Source of the DNA: a virus
Taxonomy: Duplodnaviria > Caudoviricetes
IMG/VR virus record: IMGVR_UViG_3300017774_003032
Span: 1 to 26,048 of that record
DNA: 26,048 bases
Reading direction: 5' to 3' (one strand)
In this document: in pieces, positions 16,805 through 25,162 of the stretch
Layout: each line of letters opens with the position of its first letter
Numbering within the stretch: the stretch's first letter is position 1
Translations under genes and position numbers: made by a program
The notes under the pieces: model-generated
What the model was told of the DNA's origin: nothing
Databases searched by the model: none
What the model saw: the letters and a program-made list of their open reading frames with translations, nothing else

Positions 16805-17835
16805 TGAGTAAATATACCCACCTAATAAACCAACTAAAGGCTGGGAGTATAGGTCAATCAGACAATGAGAGCATAAATGATCGTGTTCTCATTGTCGACG
16901 GCCTTAATACTTTCATCCGAAGTTACGCAGCAAGTCCAGTTATGAACTCAGATGGTATTCACGTAGGTGGTATATCAGGAACCTTACTATCCATAGGTCA
17001 TGCAATTAAATTTATCAATCCAACACGAGTAATCGTAGTGTTTGATGGCAAGAATGGTTCGCAGAAGAGAAGACAAATGTACCCTGAGTATAAGAGTAAT
17101 AGGAAAGTTAAGATTCGACTCAACCGATCAGAGGAGGTCGAAAAACAAGATAATCAACTTGAGCAACTACTACGACTATTGCGGTATCTTGAAATACTAC
17201 CATTTACAGTAATTACATTAGATAACACAGAGGCAGATGACGTAGTTGCTTATATTGCGCACGACTACTTAAAAGAGCAAAACTCACAGGTGTTTATAAT
17301 GTCTTCTGACAAAGATTTCTTACAGCTAGTTGATGATCGCATTCACATTTGGAGTCCTACAAAGAAGAAACTCTACTACACAGCTGATGTCTTTGAACAA
17401 TATGGTATCTACCCTTGCAACTTTCCACTTTACAGAGCGGTAACTGGGGATGCAAGTGATAACATTAAAGGTATTGATGGTATCGGTGATAAAACCTTAC
17501 TAAAGAAGTTTCCAGTCATATCACAAGATACACAGTTATCAATTGATGAACTTATAAATTTCGCTATTAGTAGTGGAAAGGGTAAGGTATTTGAAACAGT
17601 TGTGAACTCAAAGGATCTACTAGAGTTGAACTATTCAATAATGCAATTAACGGAATCTAATATCTCAATGCAAAACAAAATGAAGATAATAGATTTTATG
17701 CGGAATAAACCCGATAAAGCAGCAAAGCTAAAGTTTTATGCCATGATTACAGAAGATAAGATGGGAGCTGCAATTAAGAACGTGACTATGTGGTTGAGTG
17801 AAATAACTCAAAAACTAGATAGGTTTGTTGGATAA
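16804..17835 (+). CDS. 5'-3' exonuclease / flap endonuclease (T4 RNase H-like; PolI N-terminal domain family)
   Basis: LIVDGLN, VVFDG, YPEYKSNR, EADDVV, SSDKDFLQLV and GDASDNIKGIDGIGDKT (H3TH). Confidence 0.95.
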   Translation: MSKYTHLINQLKAGSIGQSDNESINDRVLIVDGLNTFIRSYAASPVMNSDGIHVGGISGTLLSIGHAIKFINPTRVIVVFDGKNGSQKRRQMYPEYKSNRKVKIRLNRSEEVEKQDNQLEQLLRLLRYLEILPFTVITLDNTEADDVVAYIAHDYLKEQNSQVFIMSSDKDFLQLVDDRIHIWSPTKKKLYYTADVFEQYGIYPCNFPLYRAVTGDASDNIKGIDGIGDKTLLKKFPVISQDTQLSIDELINFAISSGKGKVFETVVNSKDLLELNYSIMQLTESNISMQNKMKIIDFMRNKPDKAAKLKFYAMITEDKMGAAIKNVTMWLSEITQKLDRFVG

Positions 17836-17858
17836 CAAATAAGATTAACGTATAGTAA
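17828..17858 (+). promoter_or_regulatory. Putative host-RNAP promoter TTGGAT-N17-TATAGT(AA)
   Basis: Same geometry as 13028 and 14797. ATG17863 is 6 nt after the hexamer. Confidence 0.65.
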
Positions 17859-17862
17859 AGCT

Positions 17863-19233
17863 ATGGGAATAAGAGATACCTTACAATTTTATGGTAATGC
17901 CTTCCAAATTAAGGTACTTTCAGCACTATTAGCAGATCGAGCTTTCTTACAACAAGTTAGCGATATATTAGATATAGAATACTTTTCATCGGATGCAAGT
18001 AAGTGGATTGCAAAAACAACACTTAAATACTTTGATGAGTATAAGAATCAACCAACTTTAGATGTACTTAAAATTAAAGTTAATGAGATTGAGATTGATG
18101 TACTCAAAACGACGGTAGTTGATACTTTGAGAGATGTCATGTCCCATATCGAAGCTGAGGATTTGCCTTTTATTAAAGATAGAGTTATTGACTTTTGTAA
18201 AAATCAAAAACTAAAGAATGCAATCCTACAATCGGTTGAATTACTCAAGCTTGGCCAATATGATGACATAAAGAGGAATATTGATGAAGCTATGAAAGCT
18301 GGTGCTGACAGAAATATTGGACATCAGTATATCGATCATATCCAAGATCGCTTCAAAGAAAACATGCGTAGTACAATAAAAACACCATGGGATGTAATCA
18401 ATGAGATCATGGATGGTGGACTAGGCTCAGGAGAGCTAGGTGTGTTTGTTGCACCGGCTGGTATTGGTAAATCAATGGCATTGGTAAACGCAGCTGCCTA
18501 CGCAGTACAAAAAGGGCTTGATGTTATATACTATAGCTTAGAACTTTCTGAAACTTATGTTGGTGCACGATTCGACTCGTATTATACAGGCATACCTTCT
18601 CAGGATTTAAAATACAACGTAGAGGCTGTAGAAAAAGCATTAACTGGAATTAAAGGTAGGTTAATCATAAAAAGCTACCCAACAAAGACAGCAACAATCA
18701 ACATGCTTGCAGCTCACATTGATAAATGTAAGCTACAAGGCATTAATCCCGGTCTTATCATAATTGACTATGCCGATCTACTAAGAGATACATCAGGGAA
18801 GGGTAATGTCAGACACGACTTAGCGCTTGGTAATATTTACGAGGAACTAAGAGGTATGGCTGGTACTTATGAGTTACCAATATGGACAGCATCACAAGCA
18901 AATAGAAGTGCATTGGAAGAGGATGTAATTGAAGCTGATAAAATCGCAGAGAGTTACACTAAGGTGATGGTGGCTGACTTTGTAGTATCACTATCAAGAA
19001 AAACAGCCGACAAGATCACAGGTACTGGTCGTTGGCATATTATTAAGAATCGCTTTGGTCAAGATGGATTAACATTCCCAAGTAAGATGAATATGTCTGT
19101 GTGTAAGATTAATATTTACGCAGAAGATACGGTTCAAGGTAAACAGACTAAGATTGTGATGCAAAATCAAGATGAGGTAATCCGTAAAACTTTAAGTAAT
19201 AAATTTGCTGAGTTTGCCGGATCCGGAGGATAA
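17863..19233 (+). CDS. dnaB: Replicative DnaB-like (SF4) helicase
   Basis: GELGVFVAPAGIGKS (Walker A), YYSLEL, IIIDYADLL (Walker B), WTASQANR and IIKNRFG. Confidence 0.93.
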   Translation: MGIRDTLQFYGNAFQIKVLSALLADRAFLQQVSDILDIEYFSSDASKWIAKTTLKYFDEYKNQPTLDVLKIKVNEIEIDVLKTTVVDTLRDVMSHIEAEDLPFIKDRVIDFCKNQKLKNAILQSVELLKLGQYDDIKRNIDEAMKAGADRNIGHQYIDHIQDRFKENMRSTIKTPWDVINEIMDGGLGSGELGVFVAPAGIGKSMALVNAAAYAVQKGLDVIYYSLELSETYVGARFDSYYTGIPSQDLKYNVEAVEKALTGIKGRLIIKSYPTKTATINMLAAHIDKCKLQGINPGLIIIDYADLLRDTSGKGNVRHDLALGNIYEELRGMAGTYELPIWTASQANRSALEEDVIEADKIAESYTKVMVADFVVSLSRKTADKITGTGRWHIIKNRFGQDGLTFPSKMNMSVCKINIYAEDTVQGKQTKIVMQNQDEVIRKTLSNKFAEFAGSGG

Positions 19234-19239
19234 CAAGAC

Positions 19240-19247
19240 TATTTATA
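19240..19247 (+). promoter_or_regulatory. TATTTATA motif upstream of RNR
   Basis: 14-nt identity with 375-388. Located 21 nt before ATG19269. Confidence 0.6.
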
Positions 19248-19268
19248 CTTACAACAATTTTAAAACTT

Positions 19269-21125
19269 ATGACAATATCAAATCAAATCTTATCGGAGAT
19301 TACTGTGCATATGAAGTATGCTAAGTATATTCCGGAATTACAACGCAGGGAGACTTGGGAAGAATTAGTAACGCGTAATATGGAAATGCATATTCGGAAG
19401 TATCCACAACTGGAAACAGAAATTAAAGATGCTTATGAGTTAGTTTTTGCAAAGAAGGTATTACCGTCTATGCGCTCAATGCAATTTGCTGGAAAATCTA
19501 TTGAGGTTTCACCTAACCGAATTTATAATTGTGCATACGCACCAATTGACGATCACCGTGTATTTGGTGAAATCATGTTCTTACTACTAGGTGGTACCGG
19601 CGTAGGATACAGTGTACAAAAGCATCACGTAGATAAACTACCGGAAGTGCGTAAACCAAACCAAAATAAAACAAAAAGATACCTAATCCCTGATAGTATT
19701 GAAGGATGGGCTGATGCTGTGAAGATTCTTATGAAGAGCTATTTTACAGGTGGTCCAGTTATTCGTTATGATTTTAGTGATATTAGACCAAAAGGTGCGA
19801 GATTAGTAACATCAGGAGGTAAAGCACCTGGAGCACAACCACTACGTGAGTGTTTAGTTAAAGTGCAGGGTATATTGGATGCAGTTGAAGAAGGTCAGAA
19901 ACTTACACCAATTCAAGTACATGATATTGTTTGTCATATTGCTGATGCCGTACTTGCTGGTGGTATCCGTCGTGCAGCTCTTATTTCCCTATTCTCAGCT
20001 GATGATAGTGAAATGATTGCTTGTAAATCAGGTAATTGGTGGGAAACAAATCCACAAAGAGGTCGTGCAAATAACTCAGCTGCATTGATTCGTCACCGTA
20101 TTACAAAAGAGTACTTTATGGATCTTTGGAAGCGTGTAGAAGCATCTGGAGCTGGTGAACCTGGAATTTATCTTACTAATGATAAAGATTGGGGAACTAA
20201 TCCATGCTGTGAGATTGCGCTTAGACCATACCAATTCTGCAATCTTACCGAGATTAATGCAAGTGATATTGAATCTCAAGAAGACTTAAATAGACGTACA
20301 GCTGCTGCTTCACTAATAGGTACACTACAAGCAGGATATACAGACTTCCATTACCTTCGTGATATTTGGCGCAAAACAACAGAGAAAGATGCATTAGTTG
20401 GAGTGTCTATGACTGGCATTGGATCTGGTGTGATTCTCAATTACGACCTTACTGAAGCTGCTGATATCGCTAAACAAGTGAACAAGCAAATTGCCGAAGC
20501 TATTGGTATTAAGCCAGCAGCTCGTGTAACAACAGTAAAACCAGCCGGTACAACATCACTTACTCTAGGCACTTCGTCAGGAATCCACGCATGGCATAAT
20601 GATTACTATATTCGTCGTATTCGGGTTGGTAAGAATGAAGCAATTTACACCTACCTACAAGTTTATCATCCAGAGCTTATTGAAGATGAATACTTTAGAC
20701 CCCATGATACAGCTGTGATTTCGATTCCACAGAAAGCACCTCAAGGAGCTATTTTACGAAATGAGTCACCTGTTGATTTGCTAGAACGCATTAAGAAGGT
20801 GCATTTGGATTGGGTTAAACCTGGTCACATCTCAGGTATGAATACTCACAATGTATCGGCCACTGTGTCAATTAAAGAGGATGAGTGGGAAACAGTAGGG
20901 GAGTGGATGTGGGAGAATAGAGATCATTACAATGGATTATCAGTATTACCATACTCAGATCATACTTATATTCAAGCTCCGTTTGAAGACTGCACTGAAG
21001 AAAAATATGAAGAGTTAATGACTTCACTAACTGCAGTTGATCTAATGAAGGTGATTGAACTTGAAGACAATACAAATTTAAAAGGAGAAGCAGCCTGCGC
21101 GGGTGGTGCCTGTGAAATTGTTTAA
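19269..21125 (+). CDS. nrdJ: Class II (adenosylcobalamin-dependent) ribonucleotide reductase, monomeric RTPR-like
   Basis: RRETWEE, YNC, GTGVG, GGIRRAALI, TNPCCEI, FCNLTEIN, TTVKPAGTTS and C-terminal ACAGGACEI. No ATP cone, and no adjacent beta-subunit gene. Confidence 0.92.
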   Translation: MTISNQILSEITVHMKYAKYIPELQRRETWEELVTRNMEMHIRKYPQLETEIKDAYELVFAKKVLPSMRSMQFAGKSIEVSPNRIYNCAYAPIDDHRVFGEIMFLLLGGTGVGYSVQKHHVDKLPEVRKPNQNKTKRYLIPDSIEGWADAVKILMKSYFTGGPVIRYDFSDIRPKGARLVTSGGKAPGAQPLRECLVKVQGILDAVEEGQKLTPIQVHDIVCHIADAVLAGGIRRAALISLFSADDSEMIACKSGNWWETNPQRGRANNSAALIRHRITKEYFMDLWKRVEASGAGEPGIYLTNDKDWGTNPCCEIALRPYQFCNLTEINASDIESQEDLNRRTAAASLIGTLQAGYTDFHYLRDIWRKTTEKDALVGVSMTGIGSGVILNYDLTEAADIAKQVNKQIAEAIGIKPAARVTTVKPAGTTSLTLGTSSGIHAWHNDYYIRRIRVGKNEAIYTYLQVYHPELIEDEYFRPHDTAVISIPQKAPQGAILRNESPVDLLERIKKVHLDWVKPGHISGMNTHNVSATVSIKEDEWETVGEWMWENRDHYNGLSVLPYSDHTYIQAPFEDCTEEKYEELMTSLTAVDLMKVIELEDNTNLKGEAACAGGACEIV

Positions 21126-21138
21126 CAATTAGCAATCT

Positions 21139-21164
21139 AGCCCCCCTCTAATGGGGGGCTTTTT
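21139..21164 (+). terminator. Rho-independent terminator after RNR
   Basis: AGCCCCCC-TCTAAT-GGGGGGCT followed by TTTT. Confidence 0.9.
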
Positions 21165-21165
21165 C

Positions 21166-21173
21166 TATTTATA
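21166..21173 (+). promoter_or_regulatory. TATTTATA motif abutting ATG21173
   Basis: Follows the terminator. Its last A is the A of the ATG. Confidence 0.45.
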
Positions 21174-21358
21174 TGAACCCTGAAAAAGATTGGATATACC
21201 AACAATTTATGAAAGAGACTGCAAATAAAGTGAAACCGCTGGCCTCTGATTTTCTTATTAGTAGAGGATTTTGTTGTGGTAATAAATGTAAAAACTGCCC
21301 ATACGAACCAAAATATCAGAAAGGTAATACTGAATTACAGACTATTTATAAGAAATAA
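21173..21358 (+). CDS. Small Cys-rich protein (DUF5522-like)
   Basis: FLISRGFCCGNKCKNCPY matches the RGxCCxxxCxxCPY pattern. Confidence 0.75.
   Translation: MNPEKDWIYQQFMKETANKVKPLASDFLISRGFCCGNKCKNCPYEPKYQKGNTELQTIYKK
21343..21350 (+). promoter_or_regulatory. TATTTATA motif (putative late promoter)
   Basis: 18 nt before ATG21369. Context resembles that of the tail tube gene. Confidence 0.6.
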
Positions 21359-21368
21359 GGATACACCT

Positions 21369-21872
21369 ATGTCCAAACTAAATTTAACTGAAATAGAGAA
21401 AAGTGAAGTCTATGGTATAGAATTCACTAATCCTGATACCGGTAATAAAATCAAGGTAGCATCTGGTTTGACATACCCTAAAGAAACACGTGCTTATCAA
21501 AAGGCAATGAGCATTGTTAACCGTTACTTAGGAAAACAAAAGCGAAACGTAATTCAACCAACACCAGACGACGCTAAACCAGAACAACCTACCGATAAAC
21601 CAAGGTTTGAAAAAAGACCAGAACTACAAGACAAGGAGTCTGAAAAGAGTCAAGGAGAACCAACACCACGTAAGCAAGGTGGCTCTGAAGATAATTTGGG
21701 ATTAGAGCCTGGTATGAAGATTGCTAAGCTTATTGTCAGAGATAGAGAGTATAAGCCTGCGTTTATAGAAGATATTAAAAATGGACTAATCAAGATTAAA
21801 GGTGCACCAATTATGAAGATTGATACCTTTAAGAAGTTAGTTGATATGGGTTACTTTAGAGTTAAAAAATGA
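21369..21872 (+). CDS. Hypothetical protein (167 aa; possible internal head protein)
   Basis: Start moved from GTG21276 to ATG21369, which follows the promoter motif and removes the overlap. Contains an NPDTGNKIKVASGLTY motif and a charged P/E/K linker. Confidence 0.7.
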   Translation: MSKLNLTEIEKSEVYGIEFTNPDTGNKIKVASGLTYPKETRAYQKAMSIVNRYLGKQKRNVIQPTPDDAKPEQPTDKPRFEKRPELQDKESEKSQGEPTPRKQGGSEDNLGLEPGMKIAKLIVRDREYKPAFIEDIKNGLIKIKGAPIMKIDTFKKLVDMGYFRVKK

Positions 21873-23572
21873 AGCATATAGATTTTGATGAGATATTGAC
21901 CGAGTGGTCTTATAAGTTACCAAAGGGGTTTCCAACTATAGTTGATGGTAAGTTTATTAATAGAGGTGAGATTTTAATTCTCAATGAGATTCTACAAGAT
22001 AGGGGTATCAACCCAATTGAACCACCACAAATAGAAGAGTTGGAGTATATACAAGAAGACTTACAAGGAACCAGTACACCAGATTTCAAAGAGGGCTTAG
22101 TAATATACTTTACTTCACAAACTTCACAAACTCTAGCAGCCATTGAGAGAAAATTACAAACCGATAATGGTACATTAAAGCTGAGTACCAATATCAATAA
22201 CCAATATTACGGTCAGAAGTCAGCTGATCTTGTTAAACAAGCAATAGCGCATCTATCAAGTAATGTAGTATCTAAAAAAGACAAAGCTTTTTATTACAAT
22301 GCGTTAAGTATAGCCAAGACAATACAAGAATTATATGGCCGTCCAATGCAAGCTGATAGGGGTGTTTTATTTGAAGAGATTCGTAAAAAAGCACTAGAGT
22401 TAGTAAATAAATTGGGTGAAGATGTATCATTATCAGCAGCCGATAAATGGTGCCCAGCTGACATATACATATATAATGATAAACAGGCAGCTCAAAAAGC
22501 ATTAGCGGCTCAATATCTAAATATTGATGATGATTCATTAAATGCACAGTTCCAAACAGACTACACGAAAACACAAAATAAAATATTAGGGATTTCTCTT
22601 AAAGAACAAAAAGCTCAGGCAGGCAAAGCATCATCTTTCAGGGGAGTTTTAACAAAAGATAAAAACTATCCGGATATTCCGGTACAGCAGGATTTAAGAT
22701 TGTTGTTAGAAGTATCTTATAATTTAGGACAATCATTAATATCAAAAGATAAAAAATTAGCAATAGGATACTTTGCAGCTGCTCATACACTACTAGGTAG
22801 AGTGACAACAAAGGATGCTCCTAGTGCCGAATCACTAAAAGCAAAGATAGCTCAGATACTCAGTGATACCTTAGGTGAGGATAATCTTAATGCTTCTTAT
22901 AATAGAAAAGGATCCTTTGATAAAGATAAAACTAGAAAGGTATTCACTCAACTAGGCTTAACCGACATTAAAGTATCTCCAGATTATCAAACAGCCGTTA
23001 AGCAATTTTACACTGAGATTAAAAGTAAATGTGAAAATGCTTACAACAAAGCGAGAACTCAATTCATCACAACTTTAACATCACTCAATTACGAGGTACC
23101 TGCGGAAACACCGGATATTTCTAAGATGAGTCCAGAAACACTGCTCAAGAAAACAAATTGCTATATTACCGCTGAATACCTACTAAGTGGATTGAATACT
23201 GAATTACTTAAAATACCACAAGGGTACCAGACGATAGCCGACCAGAAAAATATTTTTATTGCATTAACTGCGTATGCAGTTGGTATGGCTGGTATATCAC
23301 CAACTTTTGTTAAGGTGGTTGGTAACTCAAAAGGAGCATCAGCTAACATTGATACATTCTACGGTAGTGGCTTTTTAAATCTAGATGATGGTACCGCTGT
23401 ATCTATTACAGATACGGCAGAATATAAAGGGTTTTATGCTACTTTTATAACGAAGGTAACGCTAGAAGCAGGCGAGGAAGCAGAGGTAGTGAAAAAATAT
23501 AACGTAACTTTGGATTTTAGATATGCGGGGGACCAGTTGAATATAGAAGTGTCCGAATTAAAACAAGCTTAA
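21869..23572 (+). CDS. Large hypothetical protein with a candidate PD-(D/E)xK restriction-endonuclease-like domain
   Basis: 567 aa with FKEGLV, DKWCPADIYIY (D198) and ILGISLKE (K245). ATGA overlap with the upstream gene. Confidence 0.6.
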   Translation: MKHIDFDEILTEWSYKLPKGFPTIVDGKFINRGEILILNEILQDRGINPIEPPQIEELEYIQEDLQGTSTPDFKEGLVIYFTSQTSQTLAAIERKLQTDNGTLKLSTNINNQYYGQKSADLVKQAIAHLSSNVVSKKDKAFYYNALSIAKTIQELYGRPMQADRGVLFEEIRKKALELVNKLGEDVSLSAADKWCPADIYIYNDKQAAQKALAAQYLNIDDDSLNAQFQTDYTKTQNKILGISLKEQKAQAGKASSFRGVLTKDKNYPDIPVQQDLRLLLEVSYNLGQSLISKDKKLAIGYFAAAHTLLGRVTTKDAPSAESLKAKIAQILSDTLGEDNLNASYNRKGSFDKDKTRKVFTQLGLTDIKVSPDYQTAVKQFYTEIKSKCENAYNKARTQFITTLTSLNYEVPAETPDISKMSPETLLKKTNCYITAEYLLSGLNTELLKIPQGYQTIADQKNIFIALTAYAVGMAGISPTFVKVVGNSKGASANIDTFYGSGFLNLDDGTAVSITDTAEYKGFYATFITKVTLEAGEEAEVVKKYNVTLDFRYAGDQLNIEVSELKQA

Positions 23573-23588
23573 TAAACAAAAATAACAA

Positions 23589-24026
23589 ATGAAAATCAAG
23601 TTTCAAAAGCTGCACCCAGATGCAGTAACACCATCCTACGCAAAACAAGGAGATGCAGGATTAGATTTGACTGCAGTAGGGTTTGAAGTCACACCAAGCT
23701 ATATTTCTTACAAAACCGGATTAGCTTTTGAGATACCAGAAGGTTATGTGGGCTTACTATTTCCAAGAAGTAGTAACTCAAAGAAGCAACTACTATTAAC
23801 AAACTCCGTAGGTGTAGTAGATTCAGGGTACAGAGGTGAGATTGAGTTTAGATTTAAGTTAGTGGGTAACGGAATTATTCCAGAAGGAGATCTGGATGTG
23901 TATGAAATTGGTGATAAAGTCGGCCAACTAGTAATCCTACCCTATCCGCAGATTGAACTCCAAGAAGAAAACAATCTCTCTGATTCAGAGCGTGGTACAG
24001 GAGGTTTTGGTTCAACAGGAAATTAA
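23589..24026 (+). CDS. dut: Trimeric dUTPase
   Basis: AGLDL, PRSS, NSVGVVDSGYRGEI, GQLVI and RGTGGFGSTG (motifs 1-5). Confidence 0.97.
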   Translation: MKIKFQKLHPDAVTPSYAKQGDAGLDLTAVGFEVTPSYISYKTGLAFEIPEGYVGLLFPRSSNSKKQLLLTNSVGVVDSGYRGEIEFRFKLVGNGIIPEGDLDVYEIGDKVGQLVILPYPQIELQEENNLSDSERGTGGFGSTGN

Positions 24027-24028
24027 CT

Positions 24029-24060
24029 GTTGTTTTTTTGAAAAATTAGTCAGATCTTTA
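24029..24060 (+). promoter_or_regulatory. Putative early promoter GTTGTTTTTTT-N9-GTCwGATCTTTA
   Basis: Near copy of 4845-4876. ATG24065 is 4 nt downstream. Confidence 0.65.
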
Positions 24061-24064
24061 AGTT

Positions 24065-24352
24065 ATGTTTATAGGTACAGAGATTATATCTTTTAACGAT
24101 AGTTTATATCAGCTCATTCGTAGATTCCGCGATAGGGAAAACCTACCAATCACTGATATGAAGGAATACTATCATTGTGACACTGTGTTGCGTAAAGATG
24201 GGTTTCTTCACTTTTGTAGACTTATTCAAGAACCACAAATCATAGAAGATGGGCAAATCAAAATGGAATTGGTGGAGACGCCACAGCAAGAGACAACCAT
24301 TGGATCCGAAACAAGCCCTGAAGGGGAAGTCGTTTCTACTCCAGCAGATTGA
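24065..24352 (+). CDS. Hypothetical protein
   Basis: 95-aa ORF directly after the promoter motif, with YHCDTVLRKDGFLHFC. Its tail overlaps the next gene. Confidence 0.65.
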   Translation: MFIGTEIISFNDSLYQLIRRFRDRENLPITDMKEYYHCDTVLRKDGFLHFCRLIQEPQIIEDGQIKMELVETPQQETTIGSETSPEGEVVSTPAD

Positions 24353-24728
24353 ACACGGTGACTTTGATTATAGTGAGTATAGAGCGCAAGCTTTAGAGGA
24401 ACTTGCTATGTGTAAGCGAGATATGCTAAAGTTGGTGACTACTTGGAAGTATGGCAAGGGTAGCTTAGATGAGAAGTTAGATGAACTTGAGCGTAAGTAT
24501 ATCAAGAGACACAACAAGCTTATGCAAGACCATGATCGTGAAGAGAATAAGATGCTTCACGAACTGAAAGAGTCTCTAATCAAGGAATTTGGTACAGATG
24601 TTTGGGATGAAGCATTAGAACAAGTAGATGGTGGAAATCTGAAAGATTTATACTATACTTATAGACAATTAACTTCAAAAGAAAATGGCACGCGTAAACG
24701 TCGGAGTAGATCCAAAGTTACTGTCTGA
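24249..24728 (+). CDS. Hypothetical helical protein
   Basis: 159 aa with WNWWRRH, LLQQIEHGDFDYS and a coiled-coil-like body. Confidence 0.7.
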   Translation: MGKSKWNWWRRHSKRQPLDPKQALKGKSFLLQQIEHGDFDYSEYRAQALEELAMCKRDMLKLVTTWKYGKGSLDEKLDELERKYIKRHNKLMQDHDREENKMLHELKESLIKEFGTDVWDEALEQVDGGNLKDLYYTYRQLTSKENGTRKRRSRSKVTV

Positions 24729-25155
24729 TCAACACCTAGTAGCAGAGTCTGTAGAGATTACAATGATAACTGGAGGCTTGAGATTCCATGATTATAAAAT
24801 TAAGGGTGAGATTCCGAAAGAATTTTCCATGGGAAAAGGTCATATGAACTTCTTTAAAAACAAACTACTATACCTAGCAATAAGATTAGCTGAGGTAAAT
24901 GCGGAGATGGTTAGAAGAGGCTTTAAACCAGGATCTATTATAAATCTTGATGAGTTTCCCGAAGAATTGCACGGTGCTTGGAATCCAGCTTGGAAAGACA
25001 GTATTCACCTAAGAGAGAGGGTTGTTGATAGATTAAAGCATCCAAAAAACGGTAAGCCTGGTAATCAATATCATAGATACAGAGGTCAAGTGATTGGTGA
25101 GGAATTAGATAAATTCTGTAATAATCTTTTGCAATCTGAAATATATTACGTATAG
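24685..25155 (+). CDS. denV: Pyrimidine-dimer DNA glycosylase / endonuclease V-like protein
   Basis: MARVN..LSDQHLVAESVEI, F-x-MGKGHMNFFKNKLLYL and EMVRRGF align by eye with T4 DenV (MTRIN..LADQHLMAEYREL..GAGHVTFFYDKL..ECLKRGF). Confidence 0.85.
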   Translation: MARVNVGVDPKLLSDQHLVAESVEITMITGGLRFHDYKIKGEIPKEFSMGKGHMNFFKNKLLYLAIRLAEVNAEMVRRGFKPGSIINLDEFPEELHGAWNPAWKDSIHLRERVVDRLKHPKNGKPGNQYHRYRGQVIGEELDKFCNNLLQSEIYYV

Positions 25156-25158
25156 TTA
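25129..25158 (+). promoter_or_regulatory. Putative promoter TTGCAA-N16-TATAGT(TA) for queD/queE
   Basis: Same TATAGT element, preceded by ACG as at 17848. ATG25163 is 6 nt after the hexamer. Confidence 0.55.
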
Positions 25159-25162
25159 TTTT

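Noticed and set aside
15662-21125. Inteins or introns in RecA, helicase or RNR
   Set aside because: Lengths are ordinary, motifs are contiguous, and no splicing or homing-endonuclease signatures are visible.
381-21350. TATTTATA as an archaeal TATA box (archaeal host)
   Set aside because: It lies only 0-22 nt from start codons, too close for a box ~25 nt upstream of the TSS. Bacterial-type terminators and TTG/TATAGT promoters are present.
21276-21368. GTG start at 21276 for the 198-aa ORF
   Set aside because: It overlaps the Cys-rich gene. ATG21369 follows the recurrent promoter motif and is a better start.
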